From the sequence record SRR33789315_16: a DNA stretch of 63,069 bases. One strand, written 5' to 3'. The notes beneath the pieces are model-generated. The model had not been told where the DNA came from, made no database searches, and saw only the letters and a program-made list of their open reading frames with translations. This document shows positions 47,360 through 55,239 of the stretch, piece by piece. The position numbers and the translations under genes are program-made. Numbering within the stretch: position 1 is the stretch's first letter; the number at the start of each line of letters is the position of its first letter.

Positions 47360-47386
47360 GGAAGTTTTTTCCTGATATCCCGATAA
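47360..47386 (+). promoter_or_regulatory. sigma28-like promoter
   Basis: GGAAGTTT-N11-CCCGATAA versus TAAAGTTT-N11-GCCGATAA. Confidence 0.5.
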
Positions 47387-47415
47387 GACATACGAACCTT
47401 GTCGGGCAGGATTTT

Positions 47416-48258
47416 TTGCGCCAAATCGTTTTTTCAACAATGCTTGTTCTACTTTCTGCATGTATGCCTAAAGTAGAAGAAACCAAAGTTAACCTAGTTC
47501 CTAGAACTCAAGGTGGATCAACTCAACTTGTTGGTCGTTGGTCGAATGCAAATTTAACTTCGCCCCTAAATCTAGATATATCTACCTCTTTTGATGGTGA
47601 GTTTGTTGGCGCTGACATGGACGGCGATGGACATAACCCGATTGTTCAAGCCATGAAGTCTTGGAATATCGCTCATCCAACCGTTAACTTCTTTGCTATA
47701 CCTGGCAATAGCATCGCGAACAAAGATAACCCAGACCTAAGTACATATCGTGATGGAACACTAGGTATTTATCGTTCAGATGGATGGTTCTCAGGCATCA
47801 GTTCTGGCACCATCGCCATTACTCAATTCTATGGATATATAAGAAACAGCGGAGCATCAAATTCTTATATTGATTTAACTCACGCAGATATTATTGTGAA
47901 TTATCGTGACCACAATTTTAGTACCTCACCGACTTCATTTGAATTTGATATCCAAACAGTAATCTCACATGAACTCGGTCATTTTATTGGACTCAAACAT
48001 CCCGATGATTATTTCATCCCTGCCGTCATGCAATCCACACTGGCCCAAGGTGAACAAAAAAGAACTCTTCTCGCCTATGATACAAATTCAGTTATTACGA
48101 ATTATAATGGGTACAACCCAAACCTGACGATACAAGCCGCTGCTAAAGCTCGCGCTGATCAAAGAGATGACGATCAGGAAGTTAGAGGCATTTTTGAATT
48201 AAAAGCCAACGGCGATTGCCATCATTTCTTAAACGATAAGTTTGTAGAAGCTCACTAA
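47416..48258 (+). CDS. Matrixin (M10-like) metalloprotease lipoprotein
   Basis: Lipobox LSAC, HELGHFIGLKH zinc motif, Met-turn AVM. Confidence 0.9.
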   Translation: MRQIVFSTMLVLLSACMPKVEETKVNLVPRTQGGSTQLVGRWSNANLTSPLNLDISTSFDGEFVGADMDGDGHNPIVQAMKSWNIAHPTVNFFAIPGNSIANKDNPDLSTYRDGTLGIYRSDGWFSGISSGTIAITQFYGYIRNSGASNSYIDLTHADIIVNYRDHNFSTSPTSFEFDIQTVISHELGHFIGLKHPDDYFIPAVMQSTLAQGEQKRTLLAYDTNSVITNYNGYNPNLTIQAAAKARADQRDDDQEVRGIFELKANGDCHHFLNDKFVEAH

Positions 48259-48397
48259 CTAGGTCCAAACGGATGAAGCCCGCGCAAAACGCAGGCTTCT
48301 TTCCCCCAAACAAGATTCGTGTCTAATTGACGACAGGAAAATTGTTCATAGGGACAATATGGCCCTGATGAAGACTCGTCAGGCCGGTGTGTAGTTA

Positions 48398-49891
48398 TTA
48401 CATTAGAAATTCAAACCATTTCGACGGAAGTTTAATCGCATTCATGATCTTAAGATGTGACTCGCTTGCATGTCCCCAATAATCAGCAGGCTCATTATTG
48501 GCATCCACAGCTTCTTCTTTCTTCTTAATTTTATAGGCTTCTTTCATTCGTTGATCAATATTACTTTTTAAAAGTGCTGTTAACTCAGGACTGCCTTCAC
48601 AGAATACACCCATCTCAAGGTTAAAAAAGTCAGAGCGATTATCAAGATTATACGTTCCAATATAAAAGTCTTCATCATCATAAATTTGAGTTTTAGAATG
48701 AACTCCCCATCTCGCCTTAGAAATCTTTGAACTTAAGACTTCCGTTTCAGGATAAAATTTAGAGTTATGCATCCAAATATTCATACCCTTTTCATTCCAA
48801 TCAGGTGCAATTCTATAAAAGTTTGCTGCAACATAAAAAGCGTCAGTCGAACCCAAACTGTTAGTATAAGCTGTAATCGTTTTTCCTTCTTGAAGTAAAC
48901 GATCAAACTCTGCGGTCGTCTTATCGTTAAGCATGAAATAAGGACTTACGATGGTGAAGCTTTTTTCGACCCTTGCGAGTCTATTCATTAAAACTTGGTG
49001 AACCATACGATTCTGTTCAAAATAATCAACACCAAGACCTTTATCTGGCTTATCTGAAACAAAAGTAAACTTCGGACAAACGATAGGAGCATGAACATCT
49101 CTTAAGACTTTCATACCAAAGGCATAAATATCATGCCTGCGTCTTTCAAGATCTCGATCAGTTTGCAAAAAGTCACGTGCTTCACGCTGACGTCTGCGAT
49201 GAACACGCATTCTTAATTCTGGTCTTCGAGCAGCTGCTGTAGCGTGATTATTATGAACTTGTCTTGGATCAGGCATTCTTGCGATTTGAACCATGCCAGA
49301 ATCCCAAACAGCATCAAAGCTATCGGCCATAGCTTTAGCACCAGAACCCTCAATCCACACATCTCTGTCTAAGAAATTATATTCTTCATCAAGATCGAAA
49401 TAGTCATCTCCGATATTTCGACCACCAGTAATACCCTGTTTATCATCGGTTACAAGAATTTTTCGATGTGTTCTATATTGTTGTGCAAGTGGACCAAGTG
49501 AAGCGTTATAGTAACGAATCTCAATTCCAAGCCGTTTCAATTCTTCAGCATAATATTCATCAAGTTCTAAGACAGTAAAAGATTTATCTATAATGATACG
49601 AACTTTGACTCCATCTCTGGCGCGTTTAACAAGTTCTGTGAGAAGGATACGACCAGATAGGTCGAGCTCCCAAATAAAGTATTCAATATCAATCGAAGAC
49701 TTCGCTTCTCTAACCATTTGAATACGTTTGGCCAATGAAGCAATACCACTATTTAGCAGTTGTAGTTTGTTGCCATTCTCCCAACGTCCATCCTTAAAAC
49801 TCGCAACACTTTGAGCATAGAATGGATACTCCAATTGAGCATACGCATTGATCGAAAAAACTAATAATAGGATGACCTTTAAAAATTTCAT
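48398..49891 (-). CDS. Secreted phospholipase D-family protein
   Basis: Signal peptide; two HKD motifs (HRKILVTDD, HSKTQIYDD); GGRNIG; GTYNLDNRS. Confidence 0.9.
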   Translation of the reverse strand: MKFLKVILLLVFSINAYAQLEYPFYAQSVASFKDGRWENGNKLQLLNSGIASLAKRIQMVREAKSSIDIEYFIWELDLSGRILLTELVKRARDGVKVRIIIDKSFTVLELDEYYAEELKRLGIEIRYYNASLGPLAQQYRTHRKILVTDDKQGITGGRNIGDDYFDLDEEYNFLDRDVWIEGSGAKAMADSFDAVWDSGMVQIARMPDPRQVHNNHATAAARRPELRMRVHRRRQREARDFLQTDRDLERRRHDIYAFGMKVLRDVHAPIVCPKFTFVSDKPDKGLGVDYFEQNRMVHQVLMNRLARVEKSFTIVSPYFMLNDKTTAEFDRLLQEGKTITAYTNSLGSTDAFYVAANFYRIAPDWNEKGMNIWMHNSKFYPETEVLSSKISKARWGVHSKTQIYDDEDFYIGTYNLDNRSDFFNLEMGVFCEGSPELTALLKSNIDQRMKEAYKIKKKEEAVDANNEPADYWGHASESHLKIMNAIKLPSKWFEFLM

Positions 49892-49903
49892 ACAAGCTTT
49901 TAA

Positions 49904-49920
49904 AGCAAAATCTGTGCCTA
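49904..49920 (-). promoter_or_regulatory. sigma54-type -24/-12 promoter for the PLD gene
   Basis: TAGGCACAGATTTTGCT (GG-N10-GC). Confidence 0.6.
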
Positions 49921-50023
49921 AATCTAGGCTTAAAAGAAGTCAAAAACTGTCAAAACTTTAGACGGCCGCCAAGTAGATAACTCATTTAATGGGGCAATCC
50001 CCCTTAATATAGACGCTAAATAT

Positions 50024-50040
50024 TAGGCATATTTTTTGCT
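50024..50040 (+). promoter_or_regulatory. sigma54-type -24/-12 promoter for the SLT/SH3 gene
   Basis: TAGGCATATTTTTTGCT (GG-N10-GC). Confidence 0.6.
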
Positions 50041-50074
50041 ATATAAAGCACTAACTATGTCATGGAGATGTCCA

Positions 50075-51766
50075 ATGTGGACTAAAAAATTGAAGAAACT
50101 CAATTGTATTGTTGTACTTTCATCATTAGTAGCAACACAACCAAGCTTTGCAGATTGGATGGATAAACAGATGTTTAGTATCAATCCTTCTCTTCAACTC
50201 TATGGACCAGTTCAAGGAACCGTTTCATCTAAAGAATACAAAACTAAGATTTTTAGAATTATTTTAGAAGAAGCTCATGAGAAAGCCAGAGAATATCTTC
50301 AAGTAGGAGATTTTGAAGGTTATTGGGGCTTCATTATAGCAGCTCTGACAGTGCCTCTTCACGAAGGGGGAAATCTCCATTTTAGAAAAGTTGAAAATGA
50401 TGGACGCAAATGCCAGGAAAGGTCCAACTCAGGCGCTATCTTTGCTTCGTCCGCTAAGTATACAAAAACTTTTAATCGCATATTTAAAGAGATGTCTCCT
50501 GTTGCACTTCCAGACTGCACAGATTTGAATCAACAAGATTATCTCTACCAACTTCTACATGGTCACGATGGATCAGATTTAGGTATCATGCAGGTGAATT
50601 TGTATTGGCATGAACGTCAATACCTCGCAGTTGGTGATTGGAAAAGTGTTAGAAGAACAATTCGTTACGGATTACAACTTCTTAAAAATGGATATAGTGG
50701 AGTCTACAGAAATTCAAATCGCTATAGCTGTGTTCAAGGTAGTAATGGTATCAACTATGACAACTTAATTAGAGCGTCATGGTCTGGGATATATAACTCC
50801 GGTAATCTTGCTTCGAGCTGTCGTTTTGCAAATCCAAATAGTGACTGGGCACAAAACGATATCAATTTCAAAAATAGTCTAAATAAGATTAAGTCTCTTG
50901 ATGAAAGCGCAAATAGAGCTAGAAGCTATAGCGTTAATGAAACCGAAGATCAGGTTTTAGGTAGTATTATCGAACACTACAAAAACAAAACTCAATCAGC
51001 GGCAGTTCTCACGGACTATATTTTAAATGAAAGAGTTGCAGGAACTGACCAGGCACAACCACTTTTAGGAGAGCTATCAGACACACCAGTGGTAACAGAC
51101 CCAGTTGTTACTGAGCCCTCAACTCCTGTTGTTGTTCCAAGACCTCCAGTCACCAATATCTCCCGTCGTGAATTTGATCCAGAAAGACTATATGAAGTGA
51201 CAGCAACATCTTTAAATTTTAGAGACGGACCTGGAACCCAATTTAATGACTGTGGAAACTTACCTAATAAAACGGAAGTAATTGTTAAGGCGGTTCAAGG
51301 CGATTGGCTAGAGTTAGTCGAAGATGAAATGCTTGCTTACTATTATGAAGCAAATAATAATTGCGGCAATGGAGTTAAGTTCGCCCACAAGAATTATCTA
51401 GCGGATAGAGGTCCATTATATGATGGCCCAGATATCGTCGTCGTTGCACCAGTAGTAACACCAACGGCCACACCAACACCAAGTCCAGTTGTTGTCGTCA
51501 CACCAACACCGGATGTTTCGGATCAAGTCCAAGATCAAAGAAAAATGGGAAGGGCCAAAGGTTGGGCCAAGGTACGCGAAGATAGACCAAGCGGTTATAC
51601 TATGGCTCCTGCGACAGGACAGGTCATAGGACCAGCCGGACAAGAACTCATTATTGCAGAAATTGTTTGGAATAGTTCAAATTCTACACATCCTTGGTAT
51701 AGAATTGATTCACCGGTTAAAGGTTGGGTTTACGGACAGTATGTTGAACTCGTTTCCGAGGAATAA
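50075..51766 (+). CDS. Secreted lysozyme/lytic-transglycosylase-like protein with SH3 domains
   Basis: Start ATG 50075 (SD GGAG). Signal peptide, PLHEG, DLGIMQVN and YNSG motifs, Pro/Thr/Val linkers, SH3b-like SLNFRDGPGT..GDWL and a terminal SH3-like WYRI..GWVYG. Confidence 0.72.
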   Translation: MWTKKLKKLNCIVVLSSLVATQPSFADWMDKQMFSINPSLQLYGPVQGTVSSKEYKTKIFRIILEEAHEKAREYLQVGDFEGYWGFIIAALTVPLHEGGNLHFRKVENDGRKCQERSNSGAIFASSAKYTKTFNRIFKEMSPVALPDCTDLNQQDYLYQLLHGHDGSDLGIMQVNLYWHERQYLAVGDWKSVRRTIRYGLQLLKNGYSGVYRNSNRYSCVQGSNGINYDNLIRASWSGIYNSGNLASSCRFANPNSDWAQNDINFKNSLNKIKSLDESANRARSYSVNETEDQVLGSIIEHYKNKTQSAAVLTDYILNERVAGTDQAQPLLGELSDTPVVTDPVVTEPSTPVVVPRPPVTNISRREFDPERLYEVTATSLNFRDGPGTQFNDCGNLPNKTEVIVKAVQGDWLELVEDEMLAYYYEANNNCGNGVKFAHKNYLADRGPLYDGPDIVVVAPVVTPTATPTPSPVVVVTPTPDVSDQVQDQRKMGRAKGWAKVREDRPSGYTMAPATGQVIGPAGQELIIAEIVWNSSNSTHPWYRIDSPVKGWVYGQYVELVSEE

Positions 51767-51769
51767 ATT

Positions 51770-52672
51770 TTGAGAAAAAGAGCACTAGCGGTTTGGGTTG
51801 TTATTATTGCAGGGTTGTTCGTATGGACAACCCTTAGAAGAAAAAATATTGATGAAGAAAAAAGAGTGCAAGTTGCTACTCAAAATGAGAAATCAATTCC
51901 ATCGAATCAGTCTGACAACTCGACTGATTCTAATGCGAACCCGTTCCCGACAAGTGTATCAATAAAACCTACTGCTTTAATAATCGCTGAAATAAAAGAT
52001 GTGAATATTTCTCCTGAACAACTCATGCAAAAATGGAAAAACGACTCGCCTACTTTAATCCAAGCATTGGCAGAAGATTCTAAACGACTTACAGAATGTT
52101 TAAAGAAAAATCTATGCGGTGAAGAACCTTCCTCAGATCAGCCATACTTTGATAAAATGAACACACCTTCTCATGCCTTACTTGAGCATGAACTCACCAC
52201 CCTAGTTTATTTGCAAGAGTCTGGTGAATTAAAAGAGAATCAACTCTCCGATACGCTGTTAATGGAAATGCTCGATATCGAAAATGAATCCATTCAAAGA
52301 ATGGCGCTCGAATTAAAGCTAAGTCACGATATTGATGATGCAAGCTTTGAGTCTCTCTTGAATAAGACCCCCTCTCTACTTCCTCAAGCTTCAGCCAATT
52401 CATTGGCGATGCTGGCAAAAGAAAGCAAACGCTCGATGGATCGTCGAGAAAAGTTTATTCAGACGGCCGAGTTATTACTAAAGTCGGCTGATCAAAATCA
52501 AGCCGTGGAAATGGCCAAAAGAGTTCAATACATAAATGCTGATAAAGTTGAAATTGAAAGACTTGCCAATGCAACGTGTGGACTGCTTCCTCAAAACCAA
52601 AAAGCGGCCCAATATCATCTCTCCGTTGCTGGAGAAGCTGTAGGTGCCAATCTTAGTTTTAACTGCCAATAA
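51770..52672 (+). CDS. Membrane-anchored helical hypothetical protein
   Basis: N-terminal TM, helical body; 3 nt after the preceding stop. Confidence 0.75.
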   Translation: MRKRALAVWVVIIAGLFVWTTLRRKNIDEEKRVQVATQNEKSIPSNQSDNSTDSNANPFPTSVSIKPTALIIAEIKDVNISPEQLMQKWKNDSPTLIQALAEDSKRLTECLKKNLCGEEPSSDQPYFDKMNTPSHALLEHELTTLVYLQESGELKENQLSDTLLMEMLDIENESIQRMALELKLSHDIDDASFESLLNKTPSLLPQASANSLAMLAKESKRSMDRREKFIQTAELLLKSADQNQAVEMAKRVQYINADKVEIERLANATCGLLPQNQKAAQYHLSVAGEAVGANLSFNCQ

Positions 52673-52673
52673 T

Positions 52674-52700
52674 AAAAAAAGCCCCCAAAAATGGGGGCTT
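52674..52700 (-). terminator. Terminator after rplT
   Basis: AAGCCCCCA/TGGGGGCTT stem with T-run on the minus strand. Confidence 0.8.
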
Positions 52701-52725
52701 CCTTATAAAAACAATTTCAAATTTC

Positions 52726-53073
52726 TTATTTTGTAACTGCTTCAACGATTGCTTTGAAACCAACTGCATCACGTGCTGCGATTTCAGAAAGCATCTTACG
52801 GTTAAGGTCTAGACCTTTAGCGCGAAGCTTACCAATGAATTGTGAATAAGAAATACCAAGATCACGAGTTGCTGCATTAATACGAGCAATCCAAAGCTGA
52901 CGCATATCACGTTTTAACAAACGACGTGAGATGTAAGCATAATGAAGTGCGCGCTTAACTGTTTCAGCAGTGTGGCGGTACTTAGTTCTACGGTCAAAGT
53001 GAAAGCCTTTAGCAAGCTTAAGTACTTTGTTACGACGACGACGGGCTTTAAAGCCTCTGCGGACACGAGCCAT
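52726..53073 (-). CDS. rplT: 50S ribosomal protein L20
   Basis: MARVRRG..LWIARINAA..YSQFI..LNRKMLSEIA. Confidence 0.98.
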   Translation of the reverse strand: MARVRRGFKARRRRNKVLKLAKGFHFDRRTKYRHTAETVKRALHYAYISRRLLKRDMRQLWIARINAATRDLGISYSQFIGKLRAKGLDLNRKMLSEIAARDAVGFKAIVEAVTK

Positions 53074-53148
53074 GAAAAATCTCCTTAACGATTACTGGGG
53101 GCTATTAACACTTGAAACCCAGGGTCCCGGAAAAGGGTTAATAAAAAC

Positions 53149-53346
53149 CTACGCGTATGGTAGGCAACGTTTTAATTGCTTAATATCACTCTCATGAACG
53201 TAATCAGTTTTTACGTTACGAGCTTTTGACTTGCTTGATTTTGGAGCAAGTAAGTGGCGTAGGTTTGCACGCTTACGCTTAAATTTATCTTTACCGACAG
53301 GCTTAAATCTTTTAGCTACTGCACGACGGGTCTTCATTTTAGGCAT
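53149..53346 (-). CDS. rpmI: 50S ribosomal protein L35
   Basis: MPKMKTRRAVAKRFK; position between infC and rplT. Confidence 0.96.
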   Translation of the reverse strand: MPKMKTRRAVAKRFKPVGKDKFKRKRANLRHLLAPKSSKSKARNVKTDYVHESDIKQLKRCLPYA

Positions 53347-53448
53347 TGATAACTCCTAACTAACTTATCATTCGAAAAAATTAACGGTGATTTCTATCAA
53401 GCCAAGCTTGCTTTGCAAAGCAAAATCACCGTAATTTCACAATTATTA

Positions 53449-54087
53449 CTATGAATTTGCGTTTTCTTGCTTCGAAGCTTCTTTTACAGCCTTTTTCTCA
53501 GCTTGTTGTTTAGCTTTTTGGCGTGCTTGTATGGCCTTTTTGTCTGGGGCGATAATTGTTATAACGCGATTTCCCATAAATTTCGGATCAGACTCTACAA
53601 TTGCGCCATAGGTTTCAACCGTCTTGATGATGTTTCTAAACTTCTCAAGACCAGCATCTTTGTAAGCCATTTCACGTCCGCGAAATTGCATTACCATCTT
53701 AACCTTATCACCTTGCTCTAAAAACTTTTCAGCTCTTTTAAGCTTAGTTTCAAGATCATGTGTTTCAATATTTGGACGAAATTGAATTTCTTTTAATTGA
53801 ATAACAGCTGATTTTTTACGAGCTTCATTTTCTTTCTTTTGAAGCATGTATTTAAACTTACCGTAATCGATTAGCTTAACAACTGGTGGCTTTGCTGTTG
53901 GTGATACTTCAACCAAATCAAGACCTAGTTCCTGTGCAATGATTCGAGCTCTGTCGATGGTAACAACGCCGTAGCCTTCTCCACCTTCATCAGAAATCAA
54001 TCGACATTCTGGAATTCTAATCTGCTCATTTACACGTGGACCCTTTTGTGACGGAGCCCTTAAACTACCCTTATTATCTGGCTTAAT
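53449..54087 (-). CDS. infC: Translation initiation factor IF-3 (ATT start)
   Basis: NEQIR, GLDLVEVSP..PPVVKLIDYGKFKY, GDKVK..FRGRE; SD GGAGGTG precedes an in-frame ATT at 54087. Confidence 0.96.
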   Translation of the reverse strand: MKPDNKGSLRAPSQKGPRVNEQIRIPECRLISDEGGEGYGVVTIDRARIIAQELGLDLVEVSPTAKPPVVKLIDYGKFKYMLQKKENEARKKSAVIQLKEIQFRPNIETHDLETKLKRAEKFLEQGDKVKMVMQFRGREMAYKDAGLEKFRNIIKTVETYGAIVESDPKFMGNRVITIIAPDKKAIQARQKAKQQAEKKAVKEASKQENANS

Positions 54088-54157
54088 AACACACCTCCAA
54101 AAAGCCGGTTTGAAAAACAAAACTACTAAATCTATGAAATAACATAAGCACTATATC

Positions 54158-54652
54158 TTAAAAAGTTAAAATTGACGAACTGGTCCGATCAAAAAACATA
54201 TAGGCCAACCAGTCAGTTTTTAATTCATCAATTGTTTTAAAATTCATACGAAGACGAACTTCAAAATGACTAAATTCTCCATAGTTTTTAGGAAAATCAA
54301 TACCTTGAAGATCCAAGACGGCCTGACTCGCTTTAGCTAGGACTTCGTTGAGTCCTGTATCATAGGCAAGCCCCAAACCAGTCGCAGCGCAGCAACGATT
54401 AACTGCATCATCGACGAAAAGATCCAACGACGCCAATTCATGGTCAGAAACAAAGCCAGTTATCTCTCTTGCGACTTTGTATTGATCCTTATCTTTTTGA
54501 AAAACGATATCCTGGCTTGCGAGTGATAATGGGTTTGAAGTGTGAATGAAGAGATCAATCTTGTGTAAACACTGTTGCCAAGATTCATCAGTACAATTCA
54601 TTCCTAAATTTCGAGTATTGCCAGAGGTAAAAAAGTTAAACGTCTTATCCAT
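54158..54652 (-). CDS. Hypothetical protein
   Basis: 164-aa ORF translationally coupled to folE (1-nt overlap). Confidence 0.7.
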   Translation of the reverse strand: MDKTFNFFTSGNTRNLGMNCTDESWQQCLHKIDLFIHTSNPLSLASQDIVFQKDKDQYKVAREITGFVSDHELASLDLFVDDAVNRCCAATGLGLAYDTGLNEVLAKASQAVLDLQGIDFPKNYGEFSHFEVRLRMNFKTIDELKTDWLAYMFFDRTSSSILTF

Positions 54653-55239
54653 TATGATTTTATGAGAGTCATTAACTCTTGTCTCGTCTTACCATCAACT
54701 AAGAATGTACCTCTTAAAGACGAAGTCACCATCACAGAGTTTTGTTTTTCGACTCCACGACAGGTCATACAAAAGTGCTTACTTTCAATCACGCAAGCGG
54801 CTGCTTTAGAGTTCAAATTATCCATAATGGCTTTTGTGACTTGGTTACCAATACGCTCTTGAACTTGAAGTCTACGGGCATAAATTTCAACGATACGAGC
54901 AAGCTTTGAAATACCTACAACTTTGTCTCTTGGTATATAAGCAACGTGGGCCTTACCAACAAACGGAAGCAAATGATGCTCACACGTTGAATAAAATTCG
55001 ATTTCTTTTAAAAGAATAATTTGATCATGAGGAATGACATCATCTTCGCTAAAAGTTGTTAGAATATCTTCTGGTTTTTGTAGGTATCCACCATATAACT
55101 TATCCCAGCTTTTAACGACTCTGTTAGGAGTATCTGCTAAGCCTTCTCTAGTCGCATCTTCTCCAAGGTATTCAAACATAGCCTTGATCATTGACTTAAC
55201 TTTTTCTTTATCACCAGGAAACTGCTTTTCACTACTCAT
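54652..55239 (-). CDS. folE: GTP cyclohydrolase I
   Basis: REGLADTP.RV, STCEHHLLPF, GISKLAR, RRLQVQER, HFCM..RG. Confidence 0.97.
   Translation of the reverse strand: MSSEKQFPGDKEKVKSMIKAMFEYLGEDATREGLADTPNRVVKSWDKLYGGYLQKPEDILTTFSEDDVIPHDQIILLKEIEFYSTCEHHLLPFVGKAHVAYIPRDKVVGISKLARIVEIYARRLQVQERIGNQVTKAIMDNLNSKAAACVIESKHFCMTCRGVEKQNSVMVTSSLRGTFLVDGKTRQELMTLIKS

Noticed and set aside
48320-48336. TGTC-N8-GACA dyad between convergent genes
   Set aside because: It lies at the 3' ends of both neighbours with no promoter to act on; could be chance.
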